Shown piece after piece: positions 43,100-52,920 of a DNA stretch of 64,000 bases; the stretch's first letter is position 1, and every line of letters begins with the position of its first letter. The translations under genes were made by a program, and so were the position numbers. The notes under the pieces were generated by a model. The model was not told the DNA's origin and made no database searches. It saw only the letters and a program-made list of their open reading frames with translations. The stretch lies in the IMG/VR virus record IMGVR_UViG_3300029258_001887. The stretch is one strand, 5' to 3'. The stretch is from a virus.

Positions 43100-44007
43100 T
43101 ACTCGTCTCCCTTCTGTTCCTTCATCTTCCGCATCTCTGTTGCGGCAGCAAGCGCGTCCTCGTAGGACAACGATTGCAGATTGACATCACCCGTTTGGTC
43201 GTTGAGTTCGTATTCGATTCCGAGTCCATCCAACACGTCCGAAATCTTGAAGCCGTGGCGGTCAGATATCAGACGAATCATGCTGATCTGGCTGGTGTGG
43301 ATCGGACCACCCTTTTGGATATCCGCAGCGGTCGCTACGGTCTTGCTCACCTCTTCAGCAGCCACTACACGCCGCAGACACAGGGCGTTGCGATACATCC
43401 TGCCTTTGGCCCGTGTGTCGGCCATAGCCACCAGATACGTGGCGTAGTCCTCAAAGCAGTTCTCGCTGTGTGCGTCGGCCAGGGCTTCGAATCGCTTCTC
43501 CCTGCCTTCGGGGGTTAGAAATACACCCCACGCTTTTGCACATGCGCGGAATCGGTTGTCCTCGGTAGGCGCAGCAAGCAGATCGCAGCCTTCCTCGATC
43601 AGTTCCCCGACGAGTTCGCCCGCGACACGCCTGAGCCCTTCGACCCGTGGATTCTGCCCATCCACTTCATCTTCCAGGAACTTCCCCAGCACATACTGAG
43701 TCCATCCCGGATCGCTTGGTGTTGGAGGATCAAGCTTTTCCGGCTGAGGTTCACCAGTGTCGGCCCCCTCATCTGTTGTGTCAGGCCCAACGGCAACGCC
43801 CACATCGTCATCTTCCTCAACAGAAGATAGAATGGCAAGACCTTCCTCGCCCTTTTTGTGGGCCTGAAGCTTGGCAAGCAACTCTGGTCGCTTGAGCTTT
43901 TTGCCGTCTGTGTCCAACAACTGCTCTTCCGTATAGCCGAGAGCCAATAGTGCATCCTTGAGTTCTTTCTTCCCCATCCGAGTTGGTGGTTTCGTCTCAG
44001 TCGTCAT
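43099..44007 (-). CDS. Putative Rad52/Sak-like ssDNA-annealing protein
   Basis: GLRRVA..FEALADA..N..AMADTRAKGRMYRNAL..AEE. Confidence 0.55.
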   Translation of the reverse strand: MTTETKPPTRMGKKELKDALLALGYTEEQLLDTDGKKLKRPELLAKLQAHKKGEEGLAILSSVEEDDDVGVAVGPDTTDEGADTGEPQPEKLDPPTPSDPGWTQYVLGKFLEDEVDGQNPRVEGLRRVAGELVGELIEEGCDLLAAPTEDNRFRACAKAWGVFLTPEGREKRFEALADAHSENCFEDYATYLVAMADTRAKGRMYRNALCLRRVVAAEEVSKTVATAADIQKGGPIHTSQISMIRLISDRHGFKISDVLDGLGIEYELNDQTGDVNLQSLSYEDALAAATEMRKMKEQKGDE

Positions 44008-44593
44008 TCTTCATCTCCGTTAACACAAACTTCGACAGTGCTTCGGCATCGCAGTCGGGGATTACCTCAGAACAAACCTTGATGCCAAATTCTTCTTCAA
44101 TCAGTTCCATGTGAGACTCGTGTCTCACAATGACTCGTACCCTTGGGTCACAAAATGCAGGTTCCAGTTCTGCGGGTTCAATGTGTGATTTGCCGATGAA
44201 TTCTGGATCGAAAGCATAGTGATAAACGATCGGTGCATTGCTGGCCAACGCCTCGATTGTAGTTCCAATACTTGTTGCGATGAGTGGATAGTGATGCCAT
44301 CTGACCAGATCGGAAACACCGAAAACTGGGCATAGAGGCGGTAGACATGAGGGGATCAGGTGTTGAGTGAAGATGCAAATGTCGAGACCCGCATATGTTT
44401 TACATAGTCGGTTGATTGAATTGAGCCCCAAGTATGTTAAATGAGACACCGCTAGGTGGTTGAAAACAAACCCGACCAGTGCTTGATCATCATCTAGCTT
44501 GAGACCAAGCTTAGCCATTTCTTCGGCAGCACTTGCCTTTCTTTGGACGGCTTCCTTGTGCTTGATGTTTTTCTGCTTTTTTTTCTTAGCCAT
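43997..44593 (-). CDS. Hypothetical protein (glycosyltransferase-cluster associated)
   Basis: ORF in cluster; GT-B-like LIATS..T segment. Confidence 0.55.
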   Translation of the reverse strand: MAKKKKQKNIKHKEAVQRKASAAEEMAKLGLKLDDDQALVGFVFNHLAVSHLTYLGLNSINRLCKTYAGLDICIFTQHLIPSCLPPLCPVFGVSDLVRWHHYPLIATSIGTTIEALASNAPIVYHYAFDPEFIGKSHIEPAELEPAFCDPRVRVIVRHESHMELIEEEFGIKVCSEVIPDCDAEALSKFVLTEMKNDD

Positions 44594-45356
44594 TCGGAGC
44601 ACCTCTGCGCTGAGCCGCCATTTGCTTTGCTGCCGTCTCACACTGAGCAATAGATTGTTTAGTTGCTGCGTCTAGTTCACAAACGATATTGTGGTGTAGT
44701 GGTGCTGGTATGTGATAGATTAACCCAATTTCTGATATCCGAAGTAGCATGTCGTAATCGTCTCGAATTGGCATCTGAGCATTGAAACCGTTTTTGAGTT
44801 TAGGGAATAGTTGTGGACGCATCAGAAAGTTTCGGTCATAGGGGAATCCAGCCAAGAGTCTTTGCATGTCAAAAGAGCATCGGAACACTCTCTCTACTCT
44901 GCCATCGGGATGATGGTTATCGCAATCGCTCACGACACATGCAACTGATGGTTGTGTGCTGCAAACTCTAATCGCCTGTGCAATTTTGTCTGGTGCGTAC
45001 CAGCTTGTTGGGTCCATGAAACCAAACAGGGTAACACCCTGCCACTTCATTTGTAGTGCAACGTTCAGTGTGTCACCAATGGTGCTGAGTCTCTTTCGGA
45101 ATATTTTGACCGGTGTCCCATCAAGCTCACCGTCAAATTGCGGCGGCATTCCTGTTTGTTCGTCGATGGTGACAGGTTCGGCACCGAGCAATTTGCACAA
45201 TACATCATAGGTGCCGTCTGTGCTGTCATTGTCTCCGACGATGATCTGATTGGCCGGGCGGATACCCTTGCTTACTGATCGCAAGGCACGTTCGATTGTT
45301 TTGGCGTTATTGTGGGTTGCAATCACTACTGTTACGTTTTCTTTGTCTTTTATCAT
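44586..45356 (-). CDS. Glycosyltransferase family 2
   Basis: VTVVIATHN..IERALRSV..IIVGDNDSTDGT; DYDMLLR. Confidence 0.85.
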   Translation of the reverse strand: MIKDKENVTVVIATHNNAKTIERALRSVSKGIRPANQIIVGDNDSTDGTYDVLCKLLGAEPVTIDEQTGMPPQFDGELDGTPVKIFRKRLSTIGDTLNVALQMKWQGVTLFGFMDPTSWYAPDKIAQAIRVCSTQPSVACVVSDCDNHHPDGRVERVFRCSFDMQRLLAGFPYDRNFLMRPQLFPKLKNGFNAQMPIRDDYDMLLRISEIGLIYHIPAPLHHNIVCELDAATKQSIAQCETAAKQMAAQRRGAPNG

Positions 45357-46117
45357 ATCAACCAACAATCCGTGCAAAACCACGTAAGTCCCATCTCCGT
45401 CTCAGCTTCTTCTTTCCTCAACTGTGTCATGAATGGTTCCGCCTGGGGAGAAGTCATTAGTGCTCGATAGGGTGCGGTGATAAATAAACCATAATGAAGT
45501 TGAAGAGGTGCTATCGCGGTAGTTCCTATGGTAAATGGGAATGACCAATGGATTACGCGACTTGGTACGTGCTGAACCATTTTAGCAAAAATCTGGAAAT
45601 TTCTGAGTGCATTGCCAGCCGGAATTGCCATGAAAAACGGAGACTTCACTTGCTTGGACAGCCTGCGGATCGTATCACCTCGCTGGTCAATCGATTCATG
45701 TAATGCACTGCTGTCAACCACAATTTCTACCGGCTGCTTTTTGGTTTTGAGATACTGTAGTGCGAGGTTCTGTCTTGCCCCAAAGCCGGTTACATCCATG
45801 ATGATAACTTTGCCGGTGTATGGCACATACCAATCCTCATCTAGCGTTTTTCGCAAATCGTCGATGGTGTTTCTACCTTCATCGAAGAATACCAGAAGGT
45901 CCATTTTGAGAGCCCGTTCCTCAATGACTTTCTGGTACAACTTACCCAAATCTGTGGTGTTCTGTTTTTTAGCCCACTTGTGGCTCCGACACATTCGGCA
46001 GTATCCCGGAGCGAATGCCTTGCCATCCTTGATGGCGCATAGTTGGTGTAGAGTACACCCCTTGCCCCGATCATCTTTGTGTAAAAAACAACAGCCTTCA
46101 CATCCGGTTGTTATCAT
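45353..46117 (-). CDS. Hypothetical protein with Cys-rich N-terminus
   Basis: ORF coupled in operon. Confidence 0.65.
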   Translation of the reverse strand: MITTGCEGCCFLHKDDRGKGCTLHQLCAIKDGKAFAPGYCRMCRSHKWAKKQNTTDLGKLYQKVIEERALKMDLLVFFDEGRNTIDDLRKTLDEDWYVPYTGKVIIMDVTGFGARQNLALQYLKTKKQPVEIVVDSSALHESIDQRGDTIRRLSKQVKSPFFMAIPAGNALRNFQIFAKMVQHVPSRVIHWSFPFTIGTTAIAPLQLHYGLFITAPYRALMTSPQAEPFMTQLRKEEAETEMGLTWFCTDCWLI

Positions 46118-46596
46118 TTCACCGCCTCGACATAAATGGCCACACCCTCGTATCTCTTAACAGAAATGGTCAGCCCAACCTCCTGTAGAACATCGAGCAG
46201 CGTAGCGGCGTCCATGATCGATAGACGAGAATCGCCAGCCTCTTGGGTACCAAGTACCATCTGCGAGAACTCTTGTAGATTGAACTGCCCTTGAGCAAAT
46301 GCTTTGGCGATAGCATGACAGTCTGGCATCAGAATCTTCAGCGTACCGCCAGCGGCTAGTTTTTGTGCCCAGTTGGCCAAAGCTGGCTGTACTGCGTTGG
46401 TCGGTAGGTATTCGATACAATCCAAAGCAATGATTTCTTCGACCGTGTTGTCTTCGGTCAACCAATCAAGTGTTTGGATGTCTCCCTGTCGGTATAGGTC
46501 CGGTGGTATTTGGCCCGGAGGCAGACGATCGATGTTGACGTATCCCGACCGAATATCGTTGCCACATCCTAGGTTTAATCGCATAACTTTCTCCAA
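46114..46596 (-). CDS. SAM-dependent methyltransferase
   Basis: LNLGCG..GYVNID..L..GGTL.I..PD. Confidence 0.85.
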   Translation of the reverse strand: MEKVMRLNLGCGNDIRSGYVNIDRLPPGQIPPDLYRQGDIQTLDWLTEDNTVEEIIALDCIEYLPTNAVQPALANWAQKLAAGGTLKILMPDCHAIAKAFAQGQFNLQEFSQMVLGTQEAGDSRLSIMDAATLLDVLQEVGLTISVKRYEGVAIYVEAVK

Positions 46597-46760
46597 TTAA
46601 ATACGTTTCCATGTTTTCCTATTAACAATATTTTTGATAGTTGGTTGCTGAACTTCAAACATCGATGCCAATTTTCGTTGTGAATATTGTTTTTGCCCAG
46701 AAGATAATATCAATGCATATAATCTTCGTATCTCTAGAACTTGTTTTTCTGTATTAAATC
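46597..46760 (-). pseudogene. HTH remnant of HNH homing endonuclease
   Basis: AT-rich, start-less frame TEKQVLEIRR...YSQRKLASMFEVQQPTI..I.NRKTWKRI* like C-termini of 2909..3406 and 4216..4785. Confidence 0.65.
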
Positions 46761-47780
46761 CTATACCCATCTACCTGCGGGGCATCTAGCCACTTTCCAA
46801 AATGCCTCATTCCATTCGTCAAGAAAACGTTGCTGACCGAATGTTTCCAGCACAGTTTTTCTACCGGCAGCGCCAATCTCACGGGCCATATCCTGGTCCG
46901 CGATCAACTCCTGTAGCCGCTCTTTCATGGTGACCGGATCGTTTGTGATAAAACCATTCACCCCATCTTCGATGAATTCAGGGATTGATGTTGTCGCTGT
47001 TGTGACAATAGGACAACCCACAGACATCGCTTCCAGCAGAGAGAATGGGCAAGACGACCAAAGGGTGGTGTTCAAGAACACGGATGCGTGGCGGTAAAGT
47101 TCCCGTAAGTGATCAGCGCTATCAGCCATCTTTGAGAAGCCGGGTGTTTCTCCCCACGGGTTGACTTCGAGCCCCTGTGTGACTTCTTTCCATAGGGAAA
47201 ATCCACATATCCTGTCACGATTGATGTAATCCCAAACGGCGGTCATCACCTTGCCGTCTCCACCGATCCATCCATCCCAGTAGTCTGTGTCAATGCCGTG
47301 ATGAATGATTTGCACGTCCGGGTCGTTGACATCATGGAACCATGCCCCAACCGAGAATCTGGCCACGAAGATGTTGTGATCGCATTTGAGGTGACCGATT
47401 CGCTCTGTTGTGGTATCGTCCCAGTCAGGCCACGGAAGCGTGTGTTCCATTTGTAGCAATGGACAGCTAAGTTGGGCTGCAATCTGAGACATAATGGGAT
47501 AGTGATCAACCCTGTTCTGCGACAACACCAAGTCGAATGCCAAATCTGTTTTGAGTTGCTGTGGTATATCTCTGCCACTCAACACAAAGAAGTTGGGCGG
47601 CATTGGTCTTTCCTTGACATCCCACGGGTGGAATTTTGGATGATTGAGCATAAAGAAGTTGTGCCCTGTTCTGGCCAGCGTGGCGCTATAGGCTTCGTGA
47701 TTATTCGCGTACAGGATATTCAAGGGACGGCTTTCGTCCCTATTGATGCTTCTCAGTGCAGTTGAAAGTGGTGCTGCCAT
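46761..47780 (-). CDS. Glycosyltransferase family 4
   Basis: IHHGID; LLEAMSVGCPIV; EDGVNGF. Confidence 0.9.
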   Translation of the reverse strand: MAAPLSTALRSINRDESRPLNILYANNHEAYSATLARTGHNFFMLNHPKFHPWDVKERPMPPNFFVLSGRDIPQQLKTDLAFDLVLSQNRVDHYPIMSQIAAQLSCPLLQMEHTLPWPDWDDTTTERIGHLKCDHNIFVARFSVGAWFHDVNDPDVQIIHHGIDTDYWDGWIGGDGKVMTAVWDYINRDRICGFSLWKEVTQGLEVNPWGETPGFSKMADSADHLRELYRHASVFLNTTLWSSCPFSLLEAMSVGCPIVTTATTSIPEFIEDGVNGFITNDPVTMKERLQELIADQDMAREIGAAGRKTVLETFGQQRFLDEWNEAFWKVARCPAGRWV

Positions 47781-48959
47781 TTATGCCTCCAGGAGTTCTC
47801 TTGCTATCGCACCTACTCGTTGGTAACTGAAGTTGGCAGCGCGTTCGCGGGCCGCTTTCTGCCGTCGATCTATCGATTCCTCATTCCATTCTTTGTAGGC
47901 TTGCCTCATGCAGTGGATCAGGTGTTCCATGTCTGGATCGAACCATAGTTCGTCGCCAGTGTAAAGGTCTGGGAAACTGTCTGTGTGTCCGAAACATGGC
48001 GTCAGTTGTCCTCTGACCAACCAGCCACAATCAATCTCACCCGGCCACTTGAATCTGCGGGTCTCTGGTTCCCAGTATTCCGCAGCCTGTGGATACGTCA
48101 ATTCCGGGAATGATCCCCAGTTGCTAAGTATTACTGGATTGCCAAACCCCATTGCGTCATGCGCCGGAATGCCCCAGGCTTCACCATGGCTCGCCAAAAC
48201 GAAAACGTCGCAAGCTACGTGAAGTTGATCAAGCTTCTGATCCGGCAGGAAATCGGTGATACAAGCTACGGGTGGATAGTACGGATGTCGGACATATGTG
48301 TGCAACGACTTTTTCACGTCGTCGATTGTTGACCGCAACAATTCGGTTGCTTCATCCGGGGATTTGCCAGGGACGCTGGTTTTGATGACGAGTGCCACAT
48401 CGTCCCTGAGACTGAATGCTGTGTAGAACGCCCTCAAGACCGCTACCAGATTCTTGCGACGAGTCATCTCTCCGACCACATAAAACACGCACTTGTTTTT
48501 GAGCTTCTTGACTTCCAGCGGTGGAGGGGGATTGTCAAATCTAGTCGTGTCACAAGCACATGGGAAAATCTTAACTGGCACAGAGACATTGCTATCCTTC
48601 ACTGCTTGGGCATTCTGTATCGATGGCACCCATATTTCGTCCATCAGATTACAACAGTGTCCCCAATTCGACCTGCTAAAGTGGGTCGTTTCCCAGTCGA
48701 ACATGCCTATGTTTCTAACACCAGCCTTGTATTCGAACTGGTGCGGCAATACGTGCTGAACGACAACATCCACGTTGTCGGTTGTTTTACGTTCAAGGTG
48801 CTCAACTCTCTTGGCCAGTTCATGGTTGCTATGCGGAGACAGTTTGATAGCTCTCGCTACGACATCTATACCACCAGCTTCCATGGCGAGCATGTTATGA
48901 ATAGCTTGGTTGGCATAGCCGGTACCATCACGATATACAGACAGGTATGCTACCTTCAT
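47781..48959 (-). CDS. Glycosyltransferase family 4
   Basis: RKN..AF; DVFVLASHGEAWGIPAHDAM. Confidence 0.9.
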   Translation of the reverse strand: MKVAYLSVYRDGTGYANQAIHNMLAMEAGGIDVVARAIKLSPHSNHELAKRVEHLERKTTDNVDVVVQHVLPHQFEYKAGVRNIGMFDWETTHFSRSNWGHCCNLMDEIWVPSIQNAQAVKDSNVSVPVKIFPCACDTTRFDNPPPPLEVKKLKNKCVFYVVGEMTRRKNLVAVLRAFYTAFSLRDDVALVIKTSVPGKSPDEATELLRSTIDDVKKSLHTYVRHPYYPPVACITDFLPDQKLDQLHVACDVFVLASHGEAWGIPAHDAMGFGNPVILSNWGSFPELTYPQAAEYWEPETRRFKWPGEIDCGWLVRGQLTPCFGHTDSFPDLYTGDELWFDPDMEHLIHCMRQAYKEWNEESIDRRQKAARERAANFSYQRVGAIARELLEA

Positions 48960-51844
48960 TATATCACCGTCACGTTTACTTGGTCCAGGGTCTCGCGTTT
49001 CAGGGATGCCAAGCGTTTTTCTTCGACGGCATTCGCCTGTTGTACCATCCCAACGAAGTGATCGACAAAATCTTTTCGGTTAAATGGGACACGTCGATCG
49101 CCAACGGTTTTTGAACCACTATTTAGGGACTTGAGCCATTCACCAGCAAAGTGGGTGCGCAGCATGTCGGGGCGATTCCACACTTTGCCGATCACCCAAT
49201 TGACAAATTCGCTATTGTTCATGTCGTTGCTTGGTGGTACTAAATTGGGATGATGGGCACGCGAGGTTGGGCACAGCCAAGTTGTTTGCTGATCCTTGAT
49301 GGCGGTTTCACGTATGACTTGACCCCAGATAGCAGCAGTCCTCTCCCACCCACGACGACGCATCGGCTGGTCTTGTCCGTAGGTCGGGACCGCTTCCTCG
49401 ATGTACGCCCTGGTCTGCCTTGCTTTTTCGTCTCGCACAGCTTCACTTTGTTTAAGGAATCGATCCAGCTTGCTAACAAAATCGGTGTTGCTTGGCAGTG
49501 CTCGTCTTTGCTCCGTTTCGATAATGGCTTCCCAGAAGAATCTCTCAACCTCGATCGGGATCGCTGTTGGACTATCCAGATGATCTTCCATCGCCGAGTA
49601 GCGGACAGCCATTGTTGGCACACCACACGCCTGGGCTTCTGTCAGCGGCATTCCCCACCCCTCGCAGATGGAATACTGGACATACAGGTCGAACGTCTTC
49701 ATAATATCAGCCAAGACGTTACGAGGACATGAATGGTTGGCGTTGGGCGGATGCGCTGCTAGCTTGCCACACTTACGACACACCATCATTTCGCCAGAGA
49801 AGAAAGATGGATAGGCAGTCTGGCAATTGCTGCACAGATAGGTCATGATTACCTTGTTCCCGATTTTGAAGTCTCGGATAGCTTTGCCGATGTCATACCC
49901 AACATCCGGGTAGCTGGTGTGCAAATACAGGAAAGTGCGTCGCGCCAGGTCTACATGCCCCTTGCTTTTCGATTGGTGCAACCACTTGCCGAAAGCCTCG
50001 ATCAGATCGTAATACAGCTTACGTTTTTGGTTTCTCATGACCGTACCCACAATTAACGATGTGGGATCGATACCGAGCCGAGCCTTGTGTTGCCGTTTGT
50101 CCTCTGGTGGCTTGAACATTTCGAGATCGGCACCTGGGGATGCGATTGTGACCAGATCGGTGCCACGTCTACCAGTTCGCTTCAGAAGGTCCATTCCATA
50201 TTCGGAGTACGTAAGGATGCGGTCGCACTGACGATATGAGTCCAGCCATAATTCTCGTTGTGGTTCACCGTCAATAGTCGGCATCCAGATAAATGAGAAA
50301 TTCTGACGGAAAGGCGAACGCAGAACAAATTCGTCCATCCACCAGTCTCGAATTCCGCAGTTATGTACAGCAAATCCTGTCACATAGCTATTATCATTTT
50401 CTACTTCTAAATTATATACTTGACCTCTGTATGGTTCTGTTCTTACTCTTCGAATTGGAACAATAATGTAATTCTCATTTATCCATCCGACACTCCCTTT
50501 GTCTATCCATTTGGGGTTATCCGATTTTCTCGAAGGTAATTCAAAATGTTTGGTAATAAACCCATGAGCAATACGTGCGTATTGTCCATAACATTCAATT
50601 TCAAATGATGTGGGCTTATTAAGTTTTCTGGCAATAGATGTTTTTACACCCAATCTTGCAAATAATTGTCTGATTTGTCTTGCTAACACATTGGAGACAG
50701 TAGAACAAGAAACTGTATCACTTTTATAACACCCATCTCCTTTTATATATCCACTAAGGAACTCTTCTAGGAATTTATCTCGTTGGGTAGTATACACAAA
50801 TTCTGGTATATGTTTTTCGCGCGCATTTTCACCAAACCAATTTTTGAACAATTCTTCAAGTAATACAGAGTTGAATCTTACATTTGAACAATTCTTGTTA
50901 GTGAATACTTGACCGTCTATTTTGAAATATTTTGACATCAATCGTAAAACATCTTCTATATATTCTTTCTCATTTACATTAAAAGAAAACTGCACACCCC
51001 TTCCTGAACCAGAACCTTCGGCACAATAATAACCTAGTAATCTACCAAAATCGCTTGAATACTGTATAAATTCAGGTATGCCGTTATCCCTTTCAAAGTT
51101 TTCATGACCTACTGGATAAGCAAATCCATCCTTGGTTATAAATTGCTTCAAAAAATGAGTAATTGAAATGTCTTGAGATGTCCAAACATTCGGCCTATAT
51201 ATAGGAATCAATACGTAGTCGCCTTGGCACAGGTCTTTCGCTTCTACAAATTCAGCATCTTCGGTGTTGTATCTCGACTGTATATCTCTTTGTTTCCATG
51301 TGCGTTTTTTGCTTTTTATGGCTAGAATGGGATGGTTGGGCGTAAACGTATAACACTGATTGTCATTATGTGGGTATATTTTCACCACAATGCCATTGTG
51401 TTGACTGCGCATGGTACGAATAACTCGACATTCTTTCCCAGTGTGAGAAATAACCGTGTCACCTACACTGATATCTTCGATATTTCTAACACCGTTTGGC
51501 GTTTCGACTTTTGTTTCAGGAGGAACACAAACAATGTCAGGCTTGAAGTCCAGGCACACATCGTCGAATCGCCATTCGCCAAATTGGTTGGTCTGTTGCG
51601 ACATGTACTTCTGCATTGCTTGCTGATTACTGCGAGCAGGTGCTACTGGATAAAACTTCCACGGCACTTGTTGACAACGTGGGTCGTCATCGTGGGCATA
51701 GCTTCCGAGTTCAGCAATTTCGAACTCACCTGTGGCATGTAGTCGTTTGATCACCTCATGCCAATAGGTACTAAAACCAGTGGCGAGGAAGTTTGCTTCA
51801 CCGATGAACAAAACGCGACGTTTGCGGTCAGATTCCATAACCAC
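48959..51844 (-). CDS. Glycosyltransferase family 4 containing an intein
   Basis: TGFSTY; RNQKRK; EGWGMPLTEAQACGVP; interrupted by intein. Confidence 0.88.
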   Translation of the reverse strand: MVMESDRKRRVLFIGEANFLATGFSTYWHEVIKRLHATGEFEIAELGSYAHDDDPRCQQVPWKFYPVAPARSNQQAMQKYMSQQTNQFGEWRFDDVCLDFKPDIVCVPPETKVETPNGVRNIEDISVGDTVISHTGKECRVIRTMRSQHNGIVVKIYPHNDNQCYTFTPNHPILAIKSKKRTWKQRDIQSRYNTEDAEFVEAKDLCQGDYVLIPIYRPNVWTSQDISITHFLKQFITKDGFAYPVGHENFERDNGIPEFIQYSSDFGRLLGYYCAEGSGSGRGVQFSFNVNEKEYIEDVLRLMSKYFKIDGQVFTNKNCSNVRFNSVLLEELFKNWFGENAREKHIPEFVYTTQRDKFLEEFLSGYIKGDGCYKSDTVSCSTVSNVLARQIRQLFARLGVKTSIARKLNKPTSFEIECYGQYARIAHGFITKHFELPSRKSDNPKWIDKGSVGWINENYIIVPIRRVRTEPYRGQVYNLEVENDNSYVTGFAVHNCGIRDWWMDEFVLRSPFRQNFSFIWMPTIDGEPQRELWLDSYRQCDRILTYSEYGMDLLKRTGRRGTDLVTIASPGADLEMFKPPEDKRQHKARLGIDPTSLIVGTVMRNQKRKLYYDLIEAFGKWLHQSKSKGHVDLARRTFLYLHTSYPDVGYDIGKAIRDFKIGNKVIMTYLCSNCQTAYPSFFSGEMMVCRKCGKLAAHPPNANHSCPRNVLADIMKTFDLYVQYSICEGWGMPLTEAQACGVPTMAVRYSAMEDHLDSPTAIPIEVERFFWEAIIETEQRRALPSNTDFVSKLDRFLKQSEAVRDEKARQTRAYIEEAVPTYGQDQPMRRRGWERTAAIWGQVIRETAIKDQQTTWLCPTSRAHHPNLVPPSNDMNNSEFVNWVIGKVWNRPDMLRTHFAGEWLKSLNSGSKTVGDRRVPFNRKDFVDHFVGMVQQANAVEEKRLASLKRETLDQVNVTVI
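50360..51529 (-). mobile_element. Intein with LAGLIDADG homing endonuclease (390 aa)
   Basis: Starts CVPPET, block B TPNHP, LLGYYCAEG and FLSGYIKGDG, ends VYNLEV..SY..AVHN/C; lower GC. Confidence 0.93.
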
Positions 51845-52415
51845 TCCGTGACAGTTTGGGTCTCAGGCTTTTGGCCCTCGAATACCGTTGCTTCCGACTC
51901 AGGCCGAGATTATCAGAAGTCCCGCTGAACTTTGCCTGAAGAAAGGCCCGATCCTCCGCAGTCAAATCGCCAGACGACAAAAGGTCATCAAGAACAGAAA
52001 ACGGTTCTGACTCTCGCGTTGGCTCTTGAAATAGCATGTGCCAAGATTCCGCGAAGATGAGTGATCGTAGATGGGCAAGCGTGTTTAGGGTGATATTGAG
52101 TTCTTGACATATCTCACGCTCTGTATTGCCAGCGGCCAAGAGCATTTCGACTTTGTGTACCTGCTTTTTAACTCTACGCGGAGCAGACGCGGCGCACATC
52201 GCATCTAGGGCGGCGTTGCGCATTGTGTTGGCTATGGCCACAATGGCGTATGCCTGAAAATTGCGGTGATCATGTCCATCCCTGCTGATTTCTGCTAATG
52301 TAAGATGCCCGACTTGGATGTAGTCTTCCTCATCGGCACAATTGCTGGGATAAACAGTCGCAATTTTTTTCGCCAAACAGGCAATGAATTGGTTTAGCGA
52401 CTGCTTACGTTTCAT
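51828..52415 (-). CDS. Sigma-70-family RNA polymerase sigma factor (divergent)
   Basis: DEEDYIQVG..L...FQAYA...I; PRRV; HTH EREICQELNI. Confidence 0.7.
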   Translation of the reverse strand: MKRKQSLNQFIACLAKKIATVYPSNCADEEDYIQVGHLTLAEISRDGHDHRNFQAYAIVAIANTMRNAALDAMCAASAPRRVKKQVHKVEMLLAAGNTEREICQELNITLNTLAHLRSLIFAESWHMLFQEPTRESEPFSVLDDLLSSGDLTAEDRAFLQAKFSGTSDNLGLSRKQRYSRAKSLRPKLSRSGYGI

Positions 52416-52428
52416 TCACGGACACTTC

Positions 52429-52845
52429 CTAGAACGGGATGTCGTCATCACCACCAGCCGGTGGTTCTGCCGGGGAAGTCGTAGCGCCCGCTGGCTGCGG
52501 TTCACTCTTCTTTTTCCCGTTCTTTTCGCACAACTGGAAATCGCGGAGAGTGATCGAGAACGAAACCCTCTTCTGGCCGTCCTTCTCCCACGAATCCTGC
52601 TTCATGTACCCACACACATAGATCGGCTGGCCCTTCTTGACGAGTTCTGCCATCCGGTCAGCGCGAGCACCCCAGACCTGAGCACGGAGGAAGCAAGGTT
52701 CCTGTTGCCACTTCTTGTCCTTGTCCTGGTAGCTCCGGTTGAAGGCCAAGCTGACGGTACATACCGCCGTATTGTTCTGTCCGACGTAACGTAGCTCCGG
52801 GTCTGCCGTCGCAACACCAACACCAAATACACCGAGTTCTGCCAT
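52429..52845 (-). CDS. ssb: Single-stranded DNA-binding protein
   Basis: DPELRY; KG..YVCG...W.KDGQKR; C-terminal DDDIPF. Confidence 0.95.
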   Translation of the reverse strand: MAELGVFGVGVATADPELRYVGQNNTAVCTVSLAFNRSYQDKDKKWQQEPCFLRAQVWGARADRMAELVKKGQPIYVCGYMKQDSWEKDGQKRVSFSITLRDFQLCEKNGKKKSEPQPAGATTSPAEPPAGGDDDIPF

Positions 52846-52886
52846 TTTCTTCACCTTTCGTGTTTAGAGATCAGTCCACTCTTCTT

Positions 52887-52916
52887 ATTATACGTCCAAG
52901 TCGAGTGTTTGTTCCA
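52887..52916 (-). promoter_or_regulatory. Promoter TGGAAC-N18-TATAAT for ssb operon
   Basis: Reverse complement of ATTATA 52887-52892 and GTTCCA 52911-52916. Confidence 0.75.
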
Positions 52917-52920
52917 CAGA

